Part shown: piece after piece, positions 1 through 8,761 of the stretch
Layout: each line of letters begins with the position of its first letter
Position numbering within the stretch: the stretch's first letter is position 1
Assembly: GCA_001873285.1 (NCBI GenBank)
Contig: MNYV01000120.1
Coordinates: 1-43,673 of the forward strand
Source of the DNA: Nitrospirae bacterium CG2_30_53_67
Lineage (GTDB): Bacteria > CG2-30-53-67
Reading direction: 5' to 3'
Length of the DNA: 43,673 nt
Notes under the pieces: generated by a model
Databases searched by the model: none
What the model saw: only the letters and a program-made list of their open reading frames with translations
Told to the model about the DNA's origin: nothing
Position numbers and translations under genes: made by a program

Positions 1-1
1 C

Positions 2-403
2 TTTAACCGCATCATCGGGGACAGCCGGTTTGAACTGCTGTTCGCCCGCTTCCTGGAAGACTGCGCCGACGACGATGTGATTTCTTATGCCAAAAACTAC
101 CTGGCGGTGCATTTCAAGTTGGATTACGTGAACGCGGACGGCGACATTTCCAACTACTATCCGGATTTTATGGTCAAGCTGTCCGATAAGCGGCTTGTCA
201 TTGTCGAAACGAAGGGGCAGGAAGACCTGGATGTGCCGCTGAAGATGGCACGGCTGCGGCAATGGTGCGAGGACATCAACCGGGTGCAGTCGAATGTGAC
301 CTATGACTTTGTTTACGTGGACGAAGAGAGCTTTGAGAAATACAAACCCACCTCTTTCCGGCAATTGGTTGCCGGCTTCAGGGAATACAAAGAGAAAATA
401 TAA
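2..403 (+). CDS. C-terminal part of a type III restriction-modification Res-like endonuclease (5'-truncated by window edge)
   Basis: Frame is open from base 2 (FNRIIGDSRFELLFARFLED...). It contains a PD-(D/E)xK-like motif YYPDFMV...IVETKG typical of Res-subunit C-termini. Confidence 0.7.
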   Translation, partial: FNRIIGDSRFELLFARFLEDCADDDVISYAKNYLAVHFKLDYVNADGDISNYYPDFMVKLSDKRLVIVETKGQEDLDVPLKMARLRQWCEDINRVQSNVTYDFVYVDEESFEKYKPTSFRQLVAGFREYKEKI

Positions 404-530
404 CCAAACGGTTTATCTGACCCCCAACGAGTTGGGACGCCCAACAGTTTTGAAAAATACCTTTGAAGATATGAGGAAAGAACTTGAGCTATAAGATAGT
501 CATCGCCGAGAATCCTATAGACTCCCCATT

Positions 531-566
531 AAAAAAGGGATGCGGTAAGAACCGCATCCCTTTTTT
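531..566. terminator. Bidirectional intrinsic terminator
   Basis: AAAAAA-GGGATGCGGT-AAGA-ACCGCATCCC-TTTTTT: perfect stem with A and T tracts, between the convergent res-like gene and sat. Confidence 0.85.
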
Positions 567-587
567 ATTCATTAAAACCAGGATTCG

Positions 588-1811
588 TTATTCGCCCGTG
601 GCCGCCTTATGCAGCTTGATCTCGACCTTATCAGTCAGGCCGGCATAGTACTCTCGGAGGATTTTAAGAACCTCGGGCCGGCTGAAATGATCCGGGACCT
701 CTTCACCTTCGGAAAGCATCTTCCGGAGCTTGGTGCCGGAAAGGAGCATGCGGTCTTCCTTGCCGTGGCAGCAGGTTCTCATGGAGGCCATGCCGTCGCA
801 CTTCTTGCAGTAGAAGGTCCAGTCGATTTTCAAGGGTTTGGTCTCCAGCGCATCCTTGGGGATCTCGTCAAAGATATGATGGGCATCGAAGGGGCCGTAG
901 TAGTCGCCCACGCCGGCATGGTCACGTCCGACGATCAGGTGGCTGCATCCGTAATTCTGACGGAACAGGGCATGGAGAAGCGCCTCACGCGGCCCTGCAT
1001 ACCGCATATCCAGCGGATACCCGGCCTGGATGACCGTGTCCTTGACAAAATATTTTTCAATCAAGGTTCCGATGGCCTTGCTCCGGACATCGGCGGGAAT
1101 ATCACCGGCTTTCAGTTTGCCGAGCAGTTGATGGATGAGAACCCCGTCGCAGACTTCGATGGCGATCTTGGCCAGGTATTCGTGGGACCGGTGCATGGGA
1201 TTCCGGGTCTGAAATGCCGCTACCGTGCTCCATCCCTTATCCTCGAAGATCTTTCGGGTCTCGGCCGGGGACATGTAGATGCCCGGATATTTTTTTGGGA
1301 ATTCGCCTTCACTGAAGACCTTGACCGGGCCGGCCAGATTGACGTCTCCCTGTTCCATGACCTTGGCCACGCCCGGATGCTCCATGTCCGTGGTTTTAAA
1401 GACGTGCTTGCATTCGAACTCCTTGTCCTTCTTGGTCATCTCATATTTTTCTTTCACGACCATGGAGCCCATGAGTTCCCCGGACTCTTCATCCACCAGG
1501 GCGATCTCTTCTCCCTCTTTGATGGAATCGGCTTGACCTTTGTTGGTGGAAAGGGTGATGGGAATGGGCCAGAAGAGGCCGTTTGCCATCTTGTAATTTT
1601 CGCAGACCCCTTTCCAATCGGCCTTGGTCATGAATCCGTCGAGCGGGGTGAAGCCGCCGATGCCGAGCATGATGAGATCTCCGGTCTCCCGGGAGACCGT
1701 CCGGACCTGTGTCAGCGATTTGGCCTTTTTCTTGGCCTCATCGAGCTCTTTACCCTTGATCAGAAGGGGTTTTAAACCTTTCCCGCCATGCGGTTGAACC
1801 AATTTGGACAT
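588..1811 (-). CDS. sat: Sulfate adenylyltransferase (ATP sulfurylase)
   Basis: [30 protein letters not shown] and SGTKLR motifs; GGAGG RBS upstream. Confidence 0.97.
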   Translation of the reverse strand: MSKLVQPHGGKGLKPLLIKGKELDEAKKKAKSLTQVRTVSRETGDLIMLGIGGFTPLDGFMTKADWKGVCENYKMANGLFWPIPITLSTNKGQADSIKEGEEIALVDEESGELMGSMVVKEKYEMTKKDKEFECKHVFKTTDMEHPGVAKVMEQGDVNLAGPVKVFSEGEFPKKYPGIYMSPAETRKIFEDKGWSTVAAFQTRNPMHRSHEYLAKIAIEVCDGVLIHQLLGKLKAGDIPADVRSKAIGTLIEKYFVKDTVIQAGYPLDMRYAGPREALLHALFRQNYGCSHLIVGRDHAGVGDYYGPFDAHHIFDEIPKDALETKPLKIDWTFYCKKCDGMASMRTCCHGKEDRMLLSGTKLRKMLSEGEEVPDHFSRPEVLKILREYYAGLTDKVEIKLHKAATGE

Positions 1812-1899
1812 GTTTTACCTCCTCTAAGACGATGTGCTTTCAAAACACTCTTGGCCGCCGGATTGGTTCAGCCAACCCCGGCAGTCAGAATTTTGTTAT

Positions 1900-1930
1900 C
1901 CAAAAGGCGGCCGTTATCTAAACGTCCGCC
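1900..1930 (-). terminator. Possible weak terminator/stability hairpin between qmoC and sat
   Basis: Minus strand reads GGCGGACGTT-TAGAT-AACGGCCGCC then TTTTGG. A second hairpin lies at about 1857-1882. Confidence 0.35.
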
Positions 1931-1957
1931 GGTTATCATCATTTTCCAAGGTGCCTG

Positions 1958-3100
1958 CTACCTGCCGCTCATCTTTGCAAAGACCAGCGCCGTGGTTCTG
2001 TAAAAGAGATGGGCGAACTTGGAATAAGGGGCATAGGCAAACAGATAAAACACGCAAACCAGATGAACAAAATAAACGGCCTTGGCCGGTAGATTCGGGT
2101 TGTGGATGTCGGCGCCCACGTAACGGAGAATCTGTGCCAGGAGTCCCGTGAGTCCGACCAGCAGTACGATGTTGAGAAACAACCAGTCGAAATAGCTCCC
2201 CCGTCCGGATTTCTCATCCTTGGCGCGGCGGTTCATGATCAGAAGCCCCGCTCCTGCAAGGAGGACGACAGCGCTGATGTTGCCGATGAATTTCATCATA
2301 ATGAAGAGCATCCGGCCCGGGACCGATTCTTCCCCGGTAAAATACATGACGATGAAACCAATGGTGGTGGTGACGGCCAGGCCGATGAATGCGTAGAACG
2401 TGAGCATATGCGCTGTCGCCCGAGCTTTGTTGACCCCGCATTCTTTGAATTTGGAGTGTGCCAGGATTTCTTTGACCACAGCCGTGATGCCTGCCCCGAT
2501 ACTTCCTGCAGCGGGGGGCAAGGAACCGGCCTTCATGTCGGCCCACATGCCGGTGATCCCCTTGTAGGCGGACCAGACAGCGAAGAGCGCCGCGGAGGTG
2601 AAGGTCAGATCGACCAGCCAGGTGTTGATAAAGTTCCCAAAAGCCCCGACGTGCATGAGCGATTCGGGAAGGGCCCTGTTGAGGGCCGGAGTGATGAGCA
2701 TGGCAACAGTTAGGATGACCACGGGGATGGCGAGGACCGTCAAAAGCGAATCCTTGTTGTTGACCGCTTTGGCGAGAAATTGCACCGGGGCATAATGCTG
2801 GATCGCCTGCTTGCGGATCGCGCCCAAAACCTCGCCGGGCTTGGCGCCTCGAGGGCAGTAGGAGGTGCAGTCTCCGCAGTGGTGGCAGAGCCAGATGTCG
2901 GGATCGGAGACGAGCCTGTCTTTGAGGCCCCACCCTGCCCAGATCATCTCTTTACGCGGGAAGGGTTTGTTGTCGGGTGATTGCGGACAGACCACCGAGC
3001 AGGTCGCGCACTGATAGCACTGCTTCAAGGTGTCACCGCCAGCCGCTTTAAGCTCCCTGATAAAACTCAGGTCCGGTTTGACCACGGTCGTATCTGCCAT
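1958..3100 (-). CDS. qmoC: Quinone-interacting membrane-bound oxidoreductase subunit C
   Basis: N-terminal HdrC-like 2x[4Fe-4S] (CYQCATCSVVCP; CHHCGDCTSYCP) plus a hydrophobic HdrE-like cytochrome b domain with His ligands. Start moved to ATG 3100 (AGGAGG RBS at 3111-3116). Confidence 0.93.
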   Translation of the reverse strand: MADTTVVKPDLSFIRELKAAGGDTLKQCYQCATCSVVCPQSPDNKPFPRKEMIWAGWGLKDRLVSDPDIWLCHHCGDCTSYCPRGAKPGEVLGAIRKQAIQHYAPVQFLAKAVNNKDSLLTVLAIPVVILTVAMLITPALNRALPESLMHVGAFGNFINTWLVDLTFTSAALFAVWSAYKGITGMWADMKAGSLPPAAGSIGAGITAVVKEILAHSKFKECGVNKARATAHMLTFYAFIGLAVTTTIGFIVMYFTGEESVPGRMLFIMMKFIGNISAVVLLAGAGLLIMNRRAKDEKSGRGSYFDWLFLNIVLLVGLTGLLAQILRYVGADIHNPNLPAKAVYFVHLVCVFYLFAYAPYSKFAHLFYRTTALVFAKMSGR

Positions 3101-3128
3101 TGTCTTCGCGCCTCCTGATGTTATTCTT

Positions 3129-5381
3129 TTAGAATCCCTTGAAGGGATTGAATCCCACTTTGTCAATGGTCTCCATCATGGAGTTGACGATCTCCGGGAT
3201 CTTGTCGTATTCATTGATGGAGAGCTGATGGACCTGGATCCTGTCGGATTCGAGATGAAGCCGGTCCAGCGTCTCCTGGACCTTCTCGAGCCTGTAATTC
3301 GCCAGCTCGCTCCCCTTGATGAAGTGGCATTGGTAGTCATCCCCGTGCTTGCAGCCGATCAGGATGATCCCGTCCATGCCTCTCGAAAGCGAATCCGCGA
3401 TCCAGACCAGGTTGGTGCTCCCGAGGCACCGCAGAGGGATGAACCGGACCGAGGAATTGTACTGAAGCCTCTTCAGCCCGGCCATATCCACAGCCGGGAA
3501 GGCGTCGTTCTCGCAGATGAAGCAGAGGACGCGCGGCTTTTCATCATCCGGTTCCGGAACCTCGACGGCCTTGATCATGGAGGAGATGATATCCACACTA
3601 TAGTCCTTGAAGGAGATGAGCCTCTCCGGGCAGGCCCCCATGCAAACGCCGCAGCGCCGGCAGCGGTACGGGTTGGGTTTGGGCGTTCCCTTTTCGTCCT
3701 CATCGAGGACGCCGAAGGGGCATTCTTCGGTACAGCGCTTGCACTGAGTGCAGCGCTGGAGGAAGAATTCGGGGAAGGTCTGATCTCCGGCTCTCGGGTG
3801 GACCGCCTTGCCCTGGGAGGTCAACTCCAGGCACTGGATGGCCTTGAGCACGGCGCCGGTTGCATCGGTCTGACAGGCCTCCGTGTCCAGCGGGGCGCGT
3901 ACCGTTCCCGCCGCATAGATGCCGGTCCGTTGGGTCTCGTAGGGAAAACAAATATAGTGGGAATCCGGGAAGCCGTAAATCAGATGGGGGAGTTCTCCGC
4001 CGCGCCGATAGTTTAGATTCAGGATCGAAGGTTTCCCCACGTCCTCTTCCCGGAACGGCTTTCCCAGCGTGCCGGACTCCTGGGCCTTTTTCGCTTCCTG
4101 GACGGCCTGGGCCACCTCTTCCGGATTCATGGTTAGCGCCGTGGCGGGCTTCATCCCCGTGGCAAGCACCAGGAGGTCGGCCTCCACGGTGATCTTCCGG
4201 CCGAGCAGGGTATTGTCCACCTCGACGGTAAGATTCCCGCCCTGGCCGCTTCCGACCGAGACCACCTCTCCCTTGGTCAGGAAAATCCCGTCGTCGGCTT
4301 GGGCCTTTTTGTAGTAATGTTCGTACTGGCCCGGGGTCCGCATATCCTTGTAGAGGATCGTGGCCGTGGCATGGGGATCGCTCAGACGGACGTACTCGGC
4401 CTGTTTCAGGGAGGTCATGCAGCAGACCGAAGAGCAGTAGGGGAGATGATCGGGATCCCGGGATCCGGCGCATTGGATGAAAACCACGTTTCTGGCCGTC
4501 TTTCCGTCCGACGGCCGCAGGATCTTTCCGTTGTTCTTGGAAGCGATCTCCTCCATCTGGACGTTGGTGATGACGTTGGGGCTCAGACCGTAACCGAGGC
4601 GGCCGAGTTTTTCGGCCTCATACGGGCGGAAGCCCGCGGCTAGGATAATGGCCCCGATTTTCCTTTCCAAGGTTTCGCCGCTTTGTTTCTTAATGGCGGC
4701 CGTGTAGAGCCCGGGCTGCCCGGAGATGTTCTCCATGGTGGAGGAAAGGATCACCTCGATATTCTTATCCGCCTCTATCTGTTGAATCAGCGAGCTGTAC
4801 TCCGGATCCTGAAGTTTGTCAAAGGCGCCGGATTTGGGGAACTGCTTGTACAGCTTTCTTGCGAAGCCGCCGAGACGCTCGGTCTTCTCCACGAGCACGA
4901 CCTTATGGTTGGTCCATGAGGCCTCCAGGGCGGCCTTCATGCCGGTGATTCCGCCGCCGACGACCAGGATGGTCCGGTCAATGGGTTCGATGTGCGGCTC
5001 TGCAAGCTCCATCTTTTTGGCCTTGGCGATCCCCATCCGGATATAGTCCTCGGCCATCATCTGGGTATCTTCATGATTGGCCGGCTGAGACCAGACCACC
5101 TGTTCGCGAAGATTGACCCTCTCCTGAATCAGCCCCGGCCCGAAATCGAAGACATCGGTCATCATCCTGGGCGAGCAGGCCGCGATGACCACGGTGTTCA
5201 CCCCTTCCTTCTCGATGTCATCCTTGATGATTTGCGCCCCTTCGTCGCTGCAGAATGCCGCGTGATTCCTGCATACCGGCGCCTTGTGCTCTTGGGTCGC
5301 GACCTTGTTCATCGCCTCGATATTGAGGGATGACCCGATCTCACAGCCGGTGCAGATGTAAACCCCAAGTTTCTTCTCCAT
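3129..5381 (-). CDS. qmoB: QmoB (HdrA-like flavoprotein fused to MvhD-like domain)
   Basis: GGGITG FAD motif, QCAGSRD...YCSSVCC, two ferredoxin motifs, C-terminal MvhD-like CENDA...GCKHGDDYQCHF; position between qmoA and qmoC. Confidence 0.95.
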   Translation of the reverse strand: MEKKLGVYICTGCEIGSSLNIEAMNKVATQEHKAPVCRNHAAFCSDEGAQIIKDDIEKEGVNTVVIAACSPRMMTDVFDFGPGLIQERVNLREQVVWSQPANHEDTQMMAEDYIRMGIAKAKKMELAEPHIEPIDRTILVVGGGITGMKAALEASWTNHKVVLVEKTERLGGFARKLYKQFPKSGAFDKLQDPEYSSLIQQIEADKNIEVILSSTMENISGQPGLYTAAIKKQSGETLERKIGAIILAAGFRPYEAEKLGRLGYGLSPNVITNVQMEEIASKNNGKILRPSDGKTARNVVFIQCAGSRDPDHLPYCSSVCCMTSLKQAEYVRLSDPHATATILYKDMRTPGQYEHYYKKAQADDGIFLTKGEVVSVGSGQGGNLTVEVDNTLLGRKITVEADLLVLATGMKPATALTMNPEEVAQAVQEAKKAQESGTLGKPFREEDVGKPSILNLNYRRGGELPHLIYGFPDSHYICFPYETQRTGIYAAGTVRAPLDTEACQTDATGAVLKAIQCLELTSQGKAVHPRAGDQTFPEFFLQRCTQCKRCTEECPFGVLDEDEKGTPKPNPYRCRRCGVCMGACPERLISFKDYSVDIISSMIKAVEVPEPDDEKPRVLCFICENDAFPAVDMAGLKRLQYNSSVRFIPLRCLGSTNLVWIADSLSRGMDGIILIGCKHGDDYQCHFIKGSELANYRLEKVQETLDRLHLESDRIQVHQLSINEYDKIPEIVNSMMETIDKVGFNPFKGF

Positions 5382-5385
5382 CTCG

Positions 5386-6636
5386 TTATCTCCTTACGAT
5401 GCTTTGAATCGCCTTGAGCGCGGCCCCGGTGGCGTCCTGTGTGCAGGAGGCCACGTCCGTGGGCTTCCTGGCGACGCCCGTAGAAATGATCCCCGTCCCG
5501 TTAGAGACGATAAAACCGCTTATGTCCTGTTCGACTGCAACGGGAAGTCTCCCTTCTCTTGCCGTCGGATCCATGCCCGTGGCGAGAACGACCAGGTCCA
5601 CGGTCTGGTGCACCTTCTCCCCGGTCACGGCGTTCTCGGCCGTCACCGTAAGCTTGCCGGTTGCCGGGTCTTCTGTGATCTTTGCGACCTTGCCTTTGAT
5701 CAGCGTGGTGTTCGGCTGGGCGGACACGGTCTGCACGAACTTTTCGTACTTTCCTTGGGCCCGAAGATCGATATAGAACATATAAGCCTGTGCGTTCGGA
5801 TTGAGTTCGTGGAGGTAGGCGATATGCTTGAAGGTCGCGAGGCAGCAGATTGAAGAGCAGTGGGCCATGTGGTTCTCATCCCTGGAACCCGCGCACTGGA
5901 CAAAGGCGATGGATTCGGGCGCTTTGCCGTCCGAAGGTCTCTGGATCTTGCCGCCGGTCGGACCGTTGGGAGCGGCCAGACGCTCCATCATCACGTTGGT
6001 GACGACGTTTTTGTATTTGCCGAATTCGAGATTGTCGATCTTCGCGGCATCATAAGGGTTCCATCCGGTGGCGAGGACCATGGCCCCGACATTCAGGTCC
6101 ACGGTCTCGGGTTTCATCTCCAGGTCAATGGCGTTGTAGGCGCAGGCTGCGACGCATTTTGCGCAGGCCTTTCCCTTGCAAACGCTCATATCGATCACGT
6201 ACCGCATGGGGAAGGCCATCTCGTGGGGGAGGTAGATCGCCTTGGTCTTGTCCATGCCGAGGTTGAAGTCGTTGAGACGCTCCACCGGGCAGGCCTCTAC
6301 GCACTTGCCGCAGGCCGTGCACTTGGCGTTCACATAACGGGGCTGAACCTTGACGCTCACCTGATAGCTGCCGTCACCGCCGGTCACCTTGTCCACCTGT
6401 GCCAGCGTGTAATATCTGATGTTTCGATTGGGGCGGATCCGCCGGAAGTTGATCTCCATGCCGCAGTAAGGCGGGCAGAGCTTGGGGAAGTATTTGTTCA
6501 TCTGGGCCACCCGTCCGCCCAGATAGGGGTTTTTCTCGACAATGACTGTCTTGTAGCCGGCTTCGGCCGCTTCAATGGCCGTGGTCATCCCGCTGATTCC
6601 TCCGCCCACGACCAGTATTCTTTTTTCCTCTGCCAT
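5386..6636 (-). CDS. qmoA: QmoA (short HdrA-like flavoprotein)
   Basis: GGGISG, KYFPKLCPPYCG, QCAGSRD...CSSICC; 416 aa; GGAGG RBS. Confidence 0.95.
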   Translation of the reverse strand: MAEEKRILVVGGGISGMTTAIEAAEAGYKTVIVEKNPYLGGRVAQMNKYFPKLCPPYCGMEINFRRIRPNRNIRYYTLAQVDKVTGGDGSYQVSVKVQPRYVNAKCTACGKCVEACPVERLNDFNLGMDKTKAIYLPHEMAFPMRYVIDMSVCKGKACAKCVAACAYNAIDLEMKPETVDLNVGAMVLATGWNPYDAAKIDNLEFGKYKNVVTNVMMERLAAPNGPTGGKIQRPSDGKAPESIAFVQCAGSRDENHMAHCSSICCLATFKHIAYLHELNPNAQAYMFYIDLRAQGKYEKFVQTVSAQPNTTLIKGKVAKITEDPATGKLTVTAENAVTGEKVHQTVDLVVLATGMDPTAREGRLPVAVEQDISGFIVSNGTGIISTGVARKPTDVASCTQDATGAALKAIQSIVRR

Positions 6637-6660
6637 ACTACTCCTCCATCAATAATGATA

Positions 6661-6682
6661 GGTTCTTCTCCCCTTGAACCCT
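6661..6682. repeat. Possible remnant of the octamer-array MITE
   Basis: GGTTCTTCTCCC equals the first 12 nt of the MITE right end read inward. It is followed directly by the internal unit CTTGAACCCT. Confidence 0.4.
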
Positions 6683-7482
6683 TATGATTTTACAAACTTT
6701 TTGGGAAATGATTCATTCTTTTTTACCTTTAATGTCTCCTCAAGCATCAGGATATATTTCAGGTATTTGAATCCGAATTTCATCAGCGCGATCTCGTCGG
6801 TTTTCATCTTCTCGACCTCTTCTTTATCCATATCAAAAGAATCGAGAAACCTGCTCTCAAAGATAAATTTCTTGAATCTGTCTATATCATAACTTGCCAT
6901 GTAAAGCATGCCCTGTTTCTTCGAGTCGAGTTGGGGCTGCCCGGAGGCATTTCTCCTTAACTGGATCTCTTTCCATTCCCTGTTCATCTCATCATAGAGC
7001 TCAACCCCCTGGTCGATCCTCCAGGTCTCGATGGTCCACTCCTTTTCCTCCTGATAACCGAGGCAATTAGGGTCTCTTACAAAAAAGTAGAATTCTTCAT
7101 TTGCCGGCCCTTCCTTTGAGCCGCTTATCATCATAAGCCCCTGGCCAACCGGATAATATCGGCAGTTGGAAGGACGGTCTTCATAGATACTACAGCCTTC
7201 ATCCGTAACAAAGGGACATTTCCCTTCATCATCCGTCATCTTAAGCACTGCGTAAGGATGTGAGGTCTTTTCATCAGTATGGGTGTATGTGTATCTATCC
7301 AGGAACTCTCCTGATGAAATTCCCAATCTATTTTTCATCCTTACGATGTCATAAGGCGTAAGAAGCACATCCGCACGGCTGCAGCATTTGCTGAAACAGG
7401 CGATACTTTTATAACACCCGAATTTGAATTTGGAATTCAGTGTGCGCTTAATAGGTTCTACAAGCCTTCTACTCAAAAACAT
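6682..7482 (-). CDS. YkgJ/UPF0153-like cysteine-cluster (Fe-S or Zn) protein, paralog 1
   Basis: CxxxxxCFxxCC-LTPYD, CPF-x5-CxIYxxRPxxCRxYP pattern. Confidence 0.85.
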   Translation of the reverse strand: MFLSRRLVEPIKRTLNSKFKFGCYKSIACFSKCCSRADVLLTPYDIVRMKNRLGISSGEFLDRYTYTHTDEKTSHPYAVLKMTDDEGKCPFVTDEGCSIYEDRPSNCRYYPVGQGLMMISGSKEGPANEEFYFFVRDPNCLGYQEEKEWTIETWRIDQGVELYDEMNREWKEIQLRRNASGQPQLDSKKQGMLYMASYDIDRFKKFIFESRFLDSFDMDKEEVEKMKTDEIALMKFGFKYLKYILMLEETLKVKKNESFPKKFVKS

Positions 7483-7505
7483 GGTTTAATCCTTTGTCCC
7501 GAAAA

Positions 7506-7606
7506 TGTCATTCTCTGGCTTGACCAGAGAATCCAGTTCCGCTTTTTTCTGGATTCCCCGATCAAGCATGCCCTCGAATGTCTTAATCGGGGGTCGGGGA
7601 ATGACA
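7506..7606. repeat. TGTCA/TGACA-capped REP-like doublet with nested 27-bp hairpin insertion
   Basis: TGTCATTCTCTGGCTTGACCAGAGAATCCAG ... CTGGATTCCCCGATCAAG[27 nt, 7567-7593]TCGGGGAATGACA. Confidence 0.8.
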
Positions 7607-7607
7607 G

Positions 7608-7626
7608 ATGTGCCGACTTATCGGCA
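7608..7626. repeat. 19-bp direct repeat copy 1 (ATGTGCCGACTTATCGGCA)
   Basis: Identical to 8655-8673; internal hairpin TGCCGA-CTTA-TCGGCA. Confidence 0.8.
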
Positions 7627-8421
7627 TGTGGGTTTTGACTTCAATAGCTTATCCATTTCCTTATCTTTGAGTTTAAAGATTTCCTCGTTAAACAGAGTAA
7701 ATCTTACCCATCTATAACCAAAATTCAAGAGTTCTTCCTCATCTTCCTTGATCTTTTCGATAACCTCTTTCTCTACATCATATATATCAAAAAACCTGGT
7801 TCCAAAAAGGAATCTCTTGAATTCACCAAGGTCATAACAGGCCCTATAAAGCAGCTTTGCCTTTCCTGAATCAAGCTTATTATTCTGGAAATAATCATGA
7901 AAGGTAATCTCTCGATAGGCTTCATTCATTTTGTCATAGATGCCGATCCCCTGAGCCTTCTTCCACTCCCCTGCTGTCCATTGTCTTTCATCTTCTCCTC
8001 CAGAGGCTGAACTGCCTTTGGCGGAAAATCCAAGACATGAGGGCTTCTCCTCTATTAAAAATTCTTCTTCTTTAGAAGAAGCAGGGAAGACAGGATACAT
8101 CCTGCAGGACCATGGCCTGTCCTGATAAATACTACAACCATCCTCGGTAACAAAAGGACAACTCTTATTCTCATCCTCCATCATCTTAAGCACAACAAGA
8201 GGCAGCCCCTCATCTCCTAAGAGCGCAACCGTATATCTTTTTAAGAATTCTCCAGAGGACAGCCAGACCATCTTTCTCATCCTCAGGACATCATAGGGTG
8301 TAAGAAAGATATTGACATCATTACAGCAGGTGTTAAAACAAGAAAGCCCTTTATGACATGAAAATTTGAATCTGTCATTTAGAGAGAGCTTTCGTTGATT
8401 TTCAGTATATTTTTTATTCAT
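7618..8421 (-). CDS. YkgJ/UPF0153-like cysteine-cluster protein, paralog 2
   Basis: FSCHKGLSCFNTCC-LTPYD, CPFVTEDGCSIYQDRPWSCRMYP; colinear with paralog 1. Confidence 0.85.
   Translation of the reverse strand: MNKKYTENQRKLSLNDRFKFSCHKGLSCFNTCCNDVNIFLTPYDVLRMRKMVWLSSGEFLKRYTVALLGDEGLPLVVLKMMEDENKSCPFVTEDGCSIYQDRPWSCRMYPVFPASSKEEEFLIEEKPSCLGFSAKGSSASGGEDERQWTAGEWKKAQGIGIYDKMNEAYREITFHDYFQNNKLDSGKAKLLYRACYDLGEFKRFLFGTRFFDIYDVEKEVIEKIKEDEEELLNFGYRWVRFTLFNEEIFKLKDKEMDKLLKSKPTCR
7996..8025 (-). repeat. 30-bp in-frame palindromic insertion encoding SAKGSSASGG
   Basis: TCCGCCAAAGGC-AGTTCA-GCCTCTGGAGGA is an imperfect palindrome. It matches exactly a 10-aa gap against paralog 1. Confidence 0.8.
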
Positions 8422-8454
8422 AAACTATTCTCTATAAATTAACGCCTTAAATAA

Positions 8455-8616
8455 TGAGATGCTGAAACAAGTTCAGCATGACAAGACAAAAGGTGTCATT
8501 CCGAACTTGTTTCGGAATCTCAAGACCCTGAAGTCCAGGGTGACAATTATCTTATGTCATTCCCCGATTAAATCGGGGGACGGCGTCTGGATTGTCCGAT
8601 CAAGTCGGACAATGAC
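8455..8616. repeat. Cluster of five TGTCA/TGAC-capped REP-like hairpins
   Basis: TGAGATGCTGAAACAAGTTCAGCATGACA / TGTCATTCCGAACTTGTTTCGGAATCTCA / AGACCCTGAAGTCCAGGGTGACA / TGTCATTCCCCGATTAAATCGGGGGA / CTGGATTGTCCGATCAAGTCGGACAATGAC. Confidence 0.8.
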
Positions 8617-8654
8617 GGCATTGGAATTGATAATAATATACTTTCGTTTTCCTT

Positions 8655-8673
8655 ATGTGCCGACTTATCGGCA
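8655..8673. repeat. 19-bp direct repeat copy 2 (ATGTGCCGACTTATCGGCA)
   Basis: Identical to 7608-7626. Confidence 0.8.
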
Positions 8674-8695
8674 CGATTGTTCCGTTCTAAATTTT

Positions 8696-8726
8696 TGGAG
8701 GGGCGGCCTGAAAGGTCGCCCCTCCA
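8696..8726 (-). terminator. GC-rich hairpin downstream of aprA (3' stability element or weak terminator)
   Basis: TGGAGGGGCGGCC-TGAAA-GGTCGCCCCTCCA, about 35 nt past the aprA stop. No U-tract follows on the minus strand. Confidence 0.5.
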
Positions 8727-8761
8727 TACATCATCTCATGGTCTACTATTTAATTAAACGA

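Noticed and set aside
398..460. Integron attC site after the restriction-like gene (ATATAAC-CAAAC-GGTTTATCTGAC resembles an attC left half)
   Set aside because: No complementary right half or GTTRRRY core found downstream; at most a truncated remnant.
303..494. 63-aa ORF overlapping the nuclease 3' end
   Set aside because: Alternative-frame overlap with no RBS or motif.
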